Source: Spirochaetota bacterium (GTDB taxonomy: Bacteria > Spirochaetota > UBA6919 > CBDBPB01). From it: a DNA stretch of 64,000 nt. Of this stretch, positions 21,067 through 31,441 are shown one piece after another (the first letter of the stretch is position 1; each line of letters opens with the position of its first letter). The notes beneath the pieces were generated by a model. The model ran no database searches, was not told where the DNA came from, and saw only the letters and a program-made list of their open reading frames with translations. The DNA is taken from NCBI GenBank assembly GCA_965208615.1, contig CBDBPB010000004.1:541234-605233 (forward strand). Reading direction: 5' to 3'. The translations under genes and the position numbers were made by a program.

Positions 21067-23814
21067 ATGACAACAACAACTTCAGAAGATCATAGTATTA
21101 GTGATAATCCATTATTACAAACTATCTTCACTCAACTAACCGAAGAACAATGGACAAGAACTACTATAGATAATTATTCAAAACGTAACTTCGTTTTACT
21201 AGATAATACTATCGATCTCGCTGAAAAAGAAAATATTTTAGAAGAATTAAGAAAACTATGTGTAGATCACCTTAGCCGTTCTTCAAAAAGTATTATTGCA
21301 CTATATCTCGCAGGTATATTAACATATAAACAAGAGATTATTGATGATAGCTATATTTTACAAATTATAAATCTATTCAAAGAAAATAAAAAATGGCAAG
21401 TCGTAGAATATTTAGCAGATAAAATATTAAGCTATGGAGAAAGTAAGTTTGCCTTAACCACTCTAGAAGAATGCTATGTAAAAACTGCTAACGATGAAGA
21501 ACTTATAAAAGTTTGGGAAAGACTCTCTAAGGTAGATTACGAAAACGGAGATATACCTAAAAAATTAGCCGTATATCACGAAAAAGAAGGTGATATAGAT
21601 GAATCAGTTTTCTATTATAAAATGGCCTTAAAACGCTTTTCTAAAACCCAAACTATAAAAATGATAGAAGACTTGTGGAGAAAACTAGCAGAACTTATCC
21701 CGCACGATATAGAGTTTTTCTCTCAAATACATGATGAGGTAGCCCGCTATAATCAAGAAAAATCTGCCTTATTACTGTCCACTTTGCTATCATACTTCCA
21801 GGAAAATAAAAACTACCAGGTTTGTATTGATATATTAAAACGAATGCTATCCTTTAATCCAAAAGATAAAGATGCTAGAACTCACCTTGTTAGTAGCTTA
21901 AAGTGCAATTATAAGGGGCATAGCCTATTAGAACAGTATATAACTAAGTCCGATATAAATGATTTATCAAAAAACTTTAAGGCTTCATTAGAAAAATTCG
22001 AAAAGTATATTGTCTTTGACAAAGGTAATTACGTTTATCATAGAAGCTGGGGAATAGGTATTATTATAGAGTGTAAGGAGGATTCCTTAATCATAGACTT
22101 CGAAAATAAAAAAAATCATAATATGTCTATGAAAATAGCATTAACCTCATTAAAAACTTTATCTGAAAACCATGTATGGATACAGAAAAAAAGAAATTCC
22201 ACTTTATTAAAAGATGATAGTCCTGATGGAATAAAAAATAGTCTTATTTTAATTTTCAAAAGCTATAATAGTCAGGCCACTATGAAAGAAATAAAAAAAG
22301 AAATGACCGAAGTAATAGCAATATCTGCTTGGACTAAATGGTGGAATAAAGCTAAACAGGTAATGAAAACTAGCTCTATATTTGGTAACTCGCCAAATAA
22401 AAGAGACTTATACTTCTTAAGAGATAAACCCTTAACCTTTGAAGAAGAATCTCACTCAAACTTTATGGCAAATACTCAATTTGGTAATAAATTGGCTATA
22501 ATAACCGACTATCTAAAACATAGTGATGATATAGATTCTGAAGGCTTTCAACAAATGCTTAACTTCTTCGTGGATATAGCAAATAATAAGTCTATAATAG
22601 ATGAAAGAAGTATAAAGAGCTTTCTCTTTCTACGAAAGATAAAACGAGAAAATACTAATATAATATTTGAGCTAAAATTAAATCCCTATGAACTTTTGCC
22701 TAGTAAAGGTGATATTGTAGATATCTACGGAACACTTACAGAAAATGACTATAGAAAAGATATTCTTGATATAATAAAAAGAAACGATGCTGATTGGACT
22801 AATACATTTTTGTCAATAATGAAAGAGGCTAAAGCTAGCAAATCGCATAACCTCATTGTAGATGAATTAATAGCACATGACAAAAATGATGAGCTTTTAG
22901 ACGGCTTTCAATATCTTGTAAATAGATATAGAAATAACCCTGAAAACTACTTCTGGGCGGCTAAAACCTTATTTAGTAATCCAGAGCTCTTGGACTTACT
23001 TAAATTTGAACGTAAAAAACTAATCTTTAACCTATTTCACTGCTTAGATATTATTAGCAAGGAACTAACAAATAAAAAAGTAGCTTCTCAAAAAGTTAAT
23101 AGAAAACTTTTTCCTCAGATTATTTATTTCCTACTTAAAACTGAAGTTGCCTTTTCATCTGCTATAAAAGAAATGAAAGAGTTGGATGCTAAAATTATTT
23201 TGGCACTTATTAATGGAAATATCGCTATGGATGAGAAAAGTAAAGCTATGCTCATAGAGAAGTTAATGGAGAAGTTTCCAGAGCTTGAAAAAGAAGTCCT
23301 TGAAGCACCAACTACTAAAGAAATACACGATTTTCTTGTTACTAAAGAAAGTTATGAGCGTAAACAAAAAGAACTACAACATATAGTAAATGTAGAAATT
23401 CCCCAAAATAGTAAGGCTATCGGAATTGCACAAGAAAAAGGAGATTTAAGAGAAAATGCTGACTATATTGCGGCTTTGGAGCATCAGAGACATTTACAAG
23501 AAGCATCCCGAAAGCTTATGGAGGAACTTAGTCGAATTAAGATTATCTCTTTTGATGACGTTGATGAAAGCAATATATCTGTTGGTACCCATGTCCATCT
23601 ACTAAATATGGATAATAACGAAATAGAAAACTATACCATACTTGGAGAGTGGGAGTCAAACATGGATAAGGGAATTATATCATATAAATCCCCCTTTGGA
23701 AAAAGCCTATTAGGCTCCAAACCAAATGATACTGTTGTATTTGACCATGGGGGAATTAGTAAAAAGTATAAAGTTGAAAAAATTGAAAAGGCTAAAGAAT
23801 TGGTATCCGCATAG
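21067..23814 (+). CDS. greA: transcription elongation factor GreA, long form with N-terminal extension
   Basis: C-terminal AQEKGDLRENADY and ISYKSPFGKSLLG; ~750-aa N-terminal extension typical of spirochaetes and chlamydiae. Confidence 0.9.
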   Translation: MTTTTSEDHSISDNPLLQTIFTQLTEEQWTRTTIDNYSKRNFVLLDNTIDLAEKENILEELRKLCVDHLSRSSKSIIALYLAGILTYKQEIIDDSYILQIINLFKENKKWQVVEYLADKILSYGESKFALTTLEECYVKTANDEELIKVWERLSKVDYENGDIPKKLAVYHEKEGDIDESVFYYKMALKRFSKTQTIKMIEDLWRKLAELIPHDIEFFSQIHDEVARYNQEKSALLLSTLLSYFQENKNYQVCIDILKRMLSFNPKDKDARTHLVSSLKCNYKGHSLLEQYITKSDINDLSKNFKASLEKFEKYIVFDKGNYVYHRSWGIGIIIECKEDSLIIDFENKKNHNMSMKIALTSLKTLSENHVWIQKKRNSTLLKDDSPDGIKNSLILIFKSYNSQATMKEIKKEMTEVIAISAWTKWWNKAKQVMKTSSIFGNSPNKRDLYFLRDKPLTFEEESHSNFMANTQFGNKLAIITDYLKHSDDIDSEGFQQMLNFFVDIANNKSIIDERSIKSFLFLRKIKRENTNIIFELKLNPYELLPSKGDIVDIYGTLTENDYRKDILDIIKRNDADWTNTFLSIMKEAKASKSHNLIVDELIAHDKNDELLDGFQYLVNRYRNNPENYFWAAKTLFSNPELLDLLKFERKKLIFNLFHCLDIISKELTNKKVASQKVNRKLFPQIIYFLLKTEVAFSSAIKEMKELDAKIILALINGNIAMDEKSKAMLIEKLMEKFPELEKEVLEAPTTKEIHDFLVTKESYERKQKELQHIVNVEIPQNSKAIGIAQEKGDLRENADYIAALEHQRHLQEASRKLMEELSRIKIISFDDVDESNISVGTHVHLLNMDNNEIENYTILGEWESNMDKGIISYKSPFGKSLLGSKPNDTVVFDHGGISKKYKVEKIEKAKELVSA

Positions 23815-23817
23815 TAA

Positions 23818-24555
23818 TTACTGATTAGTAGCTTTTTTATCAAGATCAGTACACAATAAAGCTCCAGCAATAGTATTTGTTGATAAAAAGTATGCCTGGA
23901 TTAGAGGGACTAAAAGTAATATATAAGCTGATATACCAAAGCCTAATATCATTCTTTTGTTTTTTTTAACAAACTTAATTTGGTCGGAAAAGTTAAGTTT
24001 GTTTTCCTCCAAATAGGGGGATATGAACTCTAGTCCAACGAATAATGCTGTTAACAAGCACTGAAATATAATATAACAAATAGTACCTATAAACGGAATA
24101 AAATTAAAAAATAATACTAAAATAGAAAGTATAACGTAAAGTATTAACTTTTTTAATTCGTTAACTATACTTTGTATAATTATAGTCAAGCTGTTATTTT
24201 CCGTTTTATTATTTATATTTTCAATTAGTCTTGTTTTAGAATATAGTAATCCTCTAAAAAAGGGGTTTATTAATGCTGAGATAAGGCTAAACATAAAAGG
24301 AAATATTATTAATATTATAGCTATCCCTAAAAACCTTAATATTCCTTTTAATATACTCCAAAAGAATCCGTTAAAATCTGGGGTTAAAAAAATAATTAAG
24401 TTATCTAACTCATTATATAGTGTTAGCAACAAGATTATGGATATAATAAGATTAACGGCTAGAGGTATTATTAAATAGTTAAATAATTTTTTGTTATTCC
24501 ATAAATACTTTATAGCCATAAATGGATATTTACTGCTTTTAATAAACGAAATCAT
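23818..24555 (-). CDS. EI24/CysZ-like membrane protein
   Basis: Multiple TM helices; LIIPL, NPF, FIPFIG, LGFG motifs. Confidence 0.7.
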   Translation of the reverse strand: MISFIKSSKYPFMAIKYLWNNKKLFNYLIIPLAVNLIISIILLLTLYNELDNLIIFLTPDFNGFFWSILKGILRFLGIAIILIIFPFMFSLISALINPFFRGLLYSKTRLIENINNKTENNSLTIIIQSIVNELKKLILYVILSILVLFFNFIPFIGTICYIIFQCLLTALFVGLEFISPYLEENKLNFSDQIKFVKKNKRMILGFGISAYILLLVPLIQAYFLSTNTIAGALLCTDLDKKATNQ

Positions 24556-24569
24556 ATAGAATACCTATT

Positions 24570-25544
24570 TTAGTGAGAAGCTTTTCTAATAAGAGCCTTA
24601 TACCCTTTTTGACTTAAAAACTTAGTTAGCTCTAAAGCCGTCTTAAAAGAATGTTTATTTTTGCTTACAACGTAGTATAGTATTTTATCATACAACGGTC
24701 TATTGTTTGGACTAACCTCTATATAGTCTATACTATTTTTTTTAGCCGCTTTTGGACTCCATAGATTAGCTTGCTTCCAGTTATCTATTTCATTGGAGCT
24801 TATGGAGTAGTTATTTTTATTATTTTTCTTAGAACGATCTTCATAATATATTCCACTGTAATACTTTTTTTTAATAATAGTAGTTTTTATATTTAATTTA
24901 TCAATAACTTCCTTCTGTTTTTGCGAGTTATTATAATGTTTAAAAACTCCTAATTGAAGATAGTAATCCCCACTCTCATATTTAACGTCTTTAATGTCTT
25001 TAACGTCTTTAACGTCTTTAAGACATTCATCATTTTTAACCTTTTTATTAGATATAGGGTCTATTTTGCCTTCCTTAGAACACTTATTATCTTTAGCTTT
25101 ATTAGTAGGCTCTTCTTTCGTTTTTTTTGCTATCCAGTTTGTTGAAAGCTTTTTAAGTAGTTCATTATATTTAATCTTTTTTATATAAAGCTCTTTTTTC
25201 AACTGATGAATTTTATATTTGAGTTTTCTTATTTGACTTTTTTTATCTACTTTTTTTATATATATATAAGTTTTACTATTCTTAAGTTTGCCTATTTTCT
25301 TTTCTAAAGAGCTAACACTATTTTCTATTTGACTCATCAGATTAATAAGGTCTTCAAATTGTTTTCTTAGCTTTTCTTCTCTTTCATTACTTTTATATTG
25401 ACTGCCTTCTTTAGACGGGATTTTATTTATTTTATTATCAGTACACTGACTAAAATATAATATAGCACTTAGTAATAAAATAATGGGTAAGTTAATCACT
25501 TTGCTATCCTTTAGTAATATGTATAACCCTATATAATATATCAT
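24570..25544 (-). CDS. exported coiled-coil protein with SPOR-like C-terminal domain
   Basis: Hydrophobic leader ending FSQC, coiled coil, YYLQLGVFK ... KFLSQKGYKALI. Confidence 0.55.
   Translation of the reverse strand: MIYYIGLYILLKDSKVINLPIILLLSAILYFSQCTDNKINKIPSKEGSQYKSNEREEKLRKQFEDLINLMSQIENSVSSLEKKIGKLKNSKTYIYIKKVDKKSQIRKLKYKIHQLKKELYIKKIKYNELLKKLSTNWIAKKTKEEPTNKAKDNKCSKEGKIDPISNKKVKNDECLKDVKDVKDIKDVKYESGDYYLQLGVFKHYNNSQKQKEVIDKLNIKTTIIKKKYYSGIYYEDRSKKNNKNNYSISSNEIDNWKQANLWSPKAAKKNSIDYIEVSPNNRPLYDKILYYVVSKNKHSFKTALELTKFLSQKGYKALIRKASH
24981..25020. repeat. 9-bp coding tandem repeat (KDV/KDI x4)
   Basis: (TTTAACGTC)n with one variant unit. Confidence 0.7.
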
Positions 25545-25855
25545 CTATAAATGATAAATTATACAATCAAACAAGTTATATATACTATCTTATGGTTATT
25601 TTAAAAAATAAAGTAAAAATTAATTATTTTTATAAATCCTAGGCTACTTTATAAACACTGACAATACTTAAAACATACACTAGCATATTGCTATCAGGTA
25701 TTTATTGATTATATACACCCTTATTTTTGTATTATACTAACAAATTTTATTTTTTTAAGGTTTTTGGTAATTTTTTATTTAGCCAATATTCATAATTTAA
25801 TTATACTTGTATCATACAATGAAAGTAAGTACTTTTATCCTAAAAGGAGATATTT

Positions 25856-28800
25856 ATGGGTTTTGTTAAAAAGTTTTATCTAGTTACTATATTAGGACTA
25901 ACCTTAGTTGGACTACTAAAATGCTACGAAGATAATAAAACACCCTCCCAAAGCGGGTTATGGGCTAAGTATATAAAAGGACATACCTCTGGACTTATAT
26001 CCAAAAAGTCTAGCATTTATATACAGTTTTTAAACGACGTAATAGATGAAAAATCTACCGGAACTAATGCAGAATCTTATATTGAGATAACTCCTCAAAT
26101 AAATGGGATAAAGAAGTTTATCAACACCAAAGAAATTATAATTATCCCAAAAAACTCTCTTGTCCAGGGTAAAAAGTATACTGTTGAGCTAAAGGCTAAT
26201 AAACTTATAAAAATCCCAGAAGAACTGGGTAATTATAAATTTACCTTTAATGTTATAAAACAGCAGTATGAGGTTAATATTTTAAACTTGGAAACCAATG
26301 AAAATAACAATAAGATCATGAATTTAAAGGGTGACATTATTACTGCTGATATAGAGGACTATAAAAAAGTTGAAAAGATGCTCTCTTGTAGCTATCTGAA
26401 TGATAAAATAAATATTAACTGGATCCACAAAGATAAAAAACATGAATTTATTATAAAAAATATAAAAAAACAAACCAAAATTAAACCAATAACCTTATCG
26501 TGGATAGGCTCCCCTATTAATGTACACAAAAGCGGACTAAAAAAAATTAGTATTCCTGCAATAAATACCTTTGATATAATAAATACTAAGACTGTTACTC
26601 AGGGTAATCAACGGTATATTGCTGTTTATTTCTCAGATAACATAGATAAAAAACAAAATCTAAAAGGCCTTATAAGAGTTAAGGATAAAAAGTTTACTAC
26701 GGCTGTAGTAAAGAATGCTGTTAGGGTTTATCTGGACAAAAAACCAACCGGTCCTTTATATCTAATCTCTGAACCTGGTATAAAAAATACAGATGGAGTA
26801 TCCATAAAAAAACGTTATAAAAAAACCCTGTTTTTTAGTAGTAAAAAACCTGAGGTCAAGTTTGTTGGGAAGGGAGTTATTCTGCCTAAAAACAAAGTTC
26901 TTAGCATCCCATTTGAGGCTATTAATGTTAAATCAGTTCAGGTAACAGCTTTTTTGGTTTATGAAAATAATATGGGATATTTCCTACAAACTAATAAGTT
27001 ATACAGTAGTAATAACATAAGCCGTGTGGGACGTTATTTATGGAGAAAAACTATTTATTTACCTTTTGTAAAGGGTGATACTTGGAGTCGTTATTATTTG
27101 GATGCCACTAAGCTATTTAAAAACTATCCCAATGGACTATTCAGACTTAGCTTATCTATCAATAGGGCTAACTCTATATATACTTGTTCTAAAGAGGATA
27201 ATGATATACCTATACTTAAAGAACCACCTATTAAGAATGCTGAAGACTTATATCTGACTGAACCAAGTAGCTGGGATTATGCAGAAAACTATTATAACCA
27301 ACAAAATACTGTACTATGGGTAGACAGAAATAATCCATGTAAGGATGCTTATTTTAAGCATAAGAAAGAAGCTAAGAATTCTAAGAACTTTTTAGCTTCT
27401 AATATTGGTATAATAGCTAAAATGGGTACTAATAAAAAGGTACATGTCGTTACTACTGCAATAGATAGTGTTAAACCATTAAATAAGGTTAAACTATCCA
27501 TTATGAACTTCCAAAACCAACTTATGGCAAAATCAGCTACTGATAATATGGGTTTTGCAGAAATAAGCCTTTCTAATAGACCTTTTTATATTGTGGCAGA
27601 AAAAGACGGTCAAAAGGGATATTTAAAAATGACTAAGGGGACTGCTCTACCTACAAGTCATTTTGAAGTTGGCGGAGAGGCTATTAAGGCCGGTATAAAG
27701 GGATTTATTTACGGAGAAAGAGGTGTATGGAGGCCTGGAGACAATATCTACTTAACCTTTGTACTACAGGATAATAAAAACTCTTTGCCTATAGGATATC
27801 CTGTTACTATGAGATTTTTCAATCCCAGAGGACAACTAATACATACAATTAAAAACACTAATCCTGTTGATAGGTTTTATTCCTTTAAGCTAAAAACTGA
27901 TAACAATGCTCCAACTGGCAACTGGACAGCAAAAGCAAATATCGGTATTAATACTTTTACTAAAAAGATTAAAGTAGAGACTATAGTTCCTAATCGTCTT
28001 AAGGTTTTATTGGACTTTGGTAAAAAAGCTATTTATACCTCTGATATGCCTATAAAAGGAAAGATATTTGGTCAATGGCTACACGGGGCAACTGCATCTG
28101 GATTAAAAACAGATGTATCCCTTAGATTTAGTCCAGTACCCACTAAATTCAACATTTTTACGGATTATAACTTTGATGATTCAGCGAGAGAGTTTAGAGG
28201 AGAAAGCAGTAATATTTTTGAAGGTAAACTTGATAATAAGGGTAACGCATGGTTTACAAAGAATATTACACCAGAAACTAAGCCTCCTGGTAACTTAACC
28301 GCATACTTTAAAACACGTATCTTTGAAAGTGGTGGAGCGTTTAGCTCTAACAATCAGAGTTTTACTTATTATCCGTATAAAAATTACGTTGGGATTAAAC
28401 TGCCAAAGGGTGATCAAAAACGTAATATGTTGTTGACTAATAAAGTACATACTGTTTCTATTGCAAGTATTAGTGATAAGGGACGGCCTGTATCACTAAG
28501 GAAAGTTAAGGTTAGCCTTTATAAGATAAGCTGGAAATGGTGGTGGAATAAGTCTAAGGAGTCTCTTGCAAAGTTTATTAGCAGTACTAGTACAAATCTT
28601 ATAAAAGAAAATACTATATCAACCAGAAAGGGACTAGGAAAATGGAAGTTTAAAATAAAGTATCCTAGTTGGGGTAGATATCTTATTCGTACATGCAGTT
28701 CTGGTGGACACTGTTCTAGTAAGGTTTTTTATATTGACTGGCCTGGGTGGGCAGGACGTGCTAAAGAACAAAAAGGAGCTGGTGCAAATGTATTAAATTT

Positions 28801-31393
28801 TAGTTCTAATAAACGTAAGTATAGGGTTGGGGATACGGCTGTTATAAAGTTACCAAAGGTATCTCAAGGACAAGCTCTTATGACTATTGAAAACGGTAGT
28901 AAGGTAATATCTAAAAAGTGGATAAGAATTAAAAAAGCTAATAACAAGTTTAGTATTAGGATTACTAAAAATATGCTGCCAAATGTTTATATTAGCCTCT
29001 TTTTAATACAACCACATAAAAATAAGAGAAATGACCGTCCTATTCGTCTTTACGGCGTTATACCCATTAAGGTATACGACCCAAACACTGAGCTGAAACC
29101 TATTATTAGTACCTCTGACAAATGGAAGGCTGAATCTAAGGTATCCATAAGGGTATCAGAAGCGAAAAATAGAGAGATGATATACACCTTAGCCATAGTG
29201 GATGAGGGACTCTTAGGACTAACTAATTTTAAGACTCCTAAACTCCATAAGGCTTTTTATAAAAAAGAGGCTCTAGGAGTTAATTATTGGGATATCTATG
29301 ACTCTGTAGTAGGCGCCTATGGTAGAGCGTTAGAAAGACTTTTGTCTATTGGAGGGGATGATTTTAGTAAAAAAGAAGAGTCCAAGTCATCAAAGAGGAG
29401 ATTTCCACCTGTGGTAAAATATATAGGACCTTTTAAGCTTAATAAGGGTGAGAAAAAAAGGCATAAAATTGTCCTTCCCCAATATATTGGTGCTCTACGG
29501 ATCATGGTTGTAGCCGGAAGACATAAGGCTTATGGCTCGGCTGAGAAATCAGTAATTGTAAAAAAACCTCTTGCTATTTTATCCACTCTCCCGAGGGTTA
29601 TAGGTCCGTCTGAAAACTTAACTATACCTGTTAATGTGTTTGTCAGTGAGGATAATATTAAGAATGTTACCTTAGGGATTAGGGTTAACAAACATTTTGA
29701 GATTATTGAAAGTTCATCATTTAAGCTTAGGTTTAATAGACCTGGTGAGAAAATGGCATTTATTAATTTAAAGGTTAAAGATAAGATAGGAAAGGGAAAG
29801 GTGGTTTTAACTGCAAAGTCAAATGGACATACTACTAGCTCCACAACCTTTATTGACGTTCGTAGTCCTAACCCCAAAACCATTAGACAGTTTAAGATGT
29901 CAATTCCTCCTAATGAGGCTTGGGAACAAAATATTAATCCCCATGGTATAGCTGGTACTAACGAGGTATTTCTTGAGACCTCTATTATACCCCCTTTGAA
30001 TCTTGAATATAGAGTAGACTTTTTAGTTAAATACCCCCATGGATGTGTAGAACAGATTACTTCGGCATTATTCCCTCAGATTTTCTTACCATCTCTTGTT
30101 AACATGGATAAAAAAAAGAAAAAAGAGATTGAGGGTAATATTGGAATAGGTATTGAGCGATTACAACAGTTTCAAAATGTAAGAGGTGGTTTTTTTTACT
30201 GGCCTGGTGAATATTGGGGAAGAAGAGTTAATGATTGGATAACCAGTTATGTGGGACATTTCTTATTAGAGGCTGATAAACTGGGATATTATGTACCTAA
30301 AAACATGATTACAAAATGGATAAGCTATCAGAAAACTACTGCTAAAAGATGGTATAAAAGAAATAAATATTCTGTTTTGGTTCAAAGTTATAGGCTTTAT
30401 ACCTTAGCTTTGGCTTCTAAAGCGGATATAGGTGCTATGAATCGTCTTAAAGCTCTTGTAATGGATAACTCTGCTGAGAGATATTTATTAGCGTCAGCTT
30501 ATAATCTTGCAGGCTTACCCAGTATTGCAAGAAACTTGACTAAAAACGTTTCACAATATATGATTGCTGATTATAAGCTACCAGGAAATACTTTTGGATC
30601 CACAATCAGGGATAAGGCTATTATACTAAGTGCTTTGGTTATTATGAAGGATAATAATAGGGCTAGAGCGTTAGTTGAGGAAATATCTAAAAACCTTGCA
30701 TCTGATAAATGGTATAGTACCCATAGCATATCCTATGCTTTATTGGCTGTGAGTAAGTTTATTGGTATAGGTAAGTCTAAGACTAGCCTATCTTTCGAAA
30801 AGACTATTGGAAGTACATCCCCAAATAAAGTTAGCACTGATAAGCCTATCCACTCTATAAAGTTGCTTAGCTTTTCTGATAAGGGCGAAGTCGTTAAAGT
30901 AAAAAATACCTCATCCAAGACCATATACGCAAATATAGTAGTAAAAGGAATACCAAAGGCCGGAGAAGAAAATTATACTTCATCCGGATTAAGGATAAAT
31001 GTTGATTATAAAGATAATAATGGTAACTCTATCGATGTTGATAACCTTAAACAAGGAACTGATTTTACTGCTAATGTTATTATCACTAATACTTCTGATA
31101 ACCCCTTACAGAATATTGCATTAAGCCATATCATTCCCTCAGGATGGCAGATAAGTAATACAAGGCTTTCTTCTAATGAGGGTATTAGATCAAAGATTGA
31201 TTATCAAGATATAAGAGATGATCGTGTATACAGTTATTTTAGTTTAAAGAAAAATGAAAGTAAAACTATACCCATAAAATTAAATGCATCTTTTTTAGGT
31301 AGATATTATTTACCTGGTATCTCTGTTGAGCCTATGTATAATGCTTTTATAAATGCTCGCATTATAGGAAAGTGGGTTAAAGTTGTTAAATAG
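25856..31393 (+). CDS. bacterial alpha-2-macroglobulin
   Basis: 1845 aa; ERGVWRPGD, LAIVDEG, thioester motif YPHGCVEQ, DIRDDRV. Confidence 0.93.
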   Translation: MGFVKKFYLVTILGLTLVGLLKCYEDNKTPSQSGLWAKYIKGHTSGLISKKSSIYIQFLNDVIDEKSTGTNAESYIEITPQINGIKKFINTKEIIIIPKNSLVQGKKYTVELKANKLIKIPEELGNYKFTFNVIKQQYEVNILNLETNENNNKIMNLKGDIITADIEDYKKVEKMLSCSYLNDKININWIHKDKKHEFIIKNIKKQTKIKPITLSWIGSPINVHKSGLKKISIPAINTFDIINTKTVTQGNQRYIAVYFSDNIDKKQNLKGLIRVKDKKFTTAVVKNAVRVYLDKKPTGPLYLISEPGIKNTDGVSIKKRYKKTLFFSSKKPEVKFVGKGVILPKNKVLSIPFEAINVKSVQVTAFLVYENNMGYFLQTNKLYSSNNISRVGRYLWRKTIYLPFVKGDTWSRYYLDATKLFKNYPNGLFRLSLSINRANSIYTCSKEDNDIPILKEPPIKNAEDLYLTEPSSWDYAENYYNQQNTVLWVDRNNPCKDAYFKHKKEAKNSKNFLASNIGIIAKMGTNKKVHVVTTAIDSVKPLNKVKLSIMNFQNQLMAKSATDNMGFAEISLSNRPFYIVAEKDGQKGYLKMTKGTALPTSHFEVGGEAIKAGIKGFIYGERGVWRPGDNIYLTFVLQDNKNSLPIGYPVTMRFFNPRGQLIHTIKNTNPVDRFYSFKLKTDNNAPTGNWTAKANIGINTFTKKIKVETIVPNRLKVLLDFGKKAIYTSDMPIKGKIFGQWLHGATASGLKTDVSLRFSPVPTKFNIFTDYNFDDSAREFRGESSNIFEGKLDNKGNAWFTKNITPETKPPGNLTAYFKTRIFESGGAFSSNNQSFTYYPYKNYVGIKLPKGDQKRNMLLTNKVHTVSIASISDKGRPVSLRKVKVSLYKISWKWWWNKSKESLAKFISSTSTNLIKENTISTRKGLGKWKFKIKYPSWGRYLIRTCSSGGHCSSKVFYIDWPGWAGRAKEQKGAGANVLNFSSNKRKYRVGDTAVIKLPKVSQGQALMTIENGSKVISKKWIRIKKANNKFSIRITKNMLPNVYISLFLIQPHKNKRNDRPIRLYGVIPIKVYDPNTELKPIISTSDKWKAESKVSIRVSEAKNREMIYTLAIVDEGLLGLTNFKTPKLHKAFYKKEALGVNYWDIYDSVVGAYGRALERLLSIGGDDFSKKEESKSSKRRFPPVVKYIGPFKLNKGEKKRHKIVLPQYIGALRIMVVAGRHKAYGSAEKSVIVKKPLAILSTLPRVIGPSENLTIPVNVFVSEDNIKNVTLGIRVNKHFEIIESSSFKLRFNRPGEKMAFINLKVKDKIGKGKVVLTAKSNGHTTSSTTFIDVRSPNPKTIRQFKMSIPPNEAWEQNINPHGIAGTNEVFLETSIIPPLNLEYRVDFLVKYPHGCVEQITSALFPQIFLPSLVNMDKKKKKEIEGNIGIGIERLQQFQNVRGGFFYWPGEYWGRRVNDWITSYVGHFLLEADKLGYYVPKNMITKWISYQKTTAKRWYKRNKYSVLVQSYRLYTLALASKADIGAMNRLKALVMDNSAERYLLASAYNLAGLPSIARNLTKNVSQYMIADYKLPGNTFGSTIRDKAIILSALVIMKDNNRARALVEEISKNLASDKWYSTHSISYALLAVSKFIGIGKSKTSLSFEKTIGSTSPNKVSTDKPIHSIKLLSFSDKGEVVKVKNTSSKTIYANIVVKGIPKAGEENYTSSGLRINVDYKDNNGNSIDVDNLKQGTDFTANVIITNTSDNPLQNIALSHIIPSGWQISNTRLSSNEGIRSKIDYQDIRDDRVYSYFSLKKNESKTIPIKLNASFLGRYYLPGISVEPMYNAFINARIIGKWVKVVK

Positions 31394-31441
31394 GTTAATT
31401 TTTATTACAGGGAATAGTTTTATAGTTTATATTCAGTTTAG

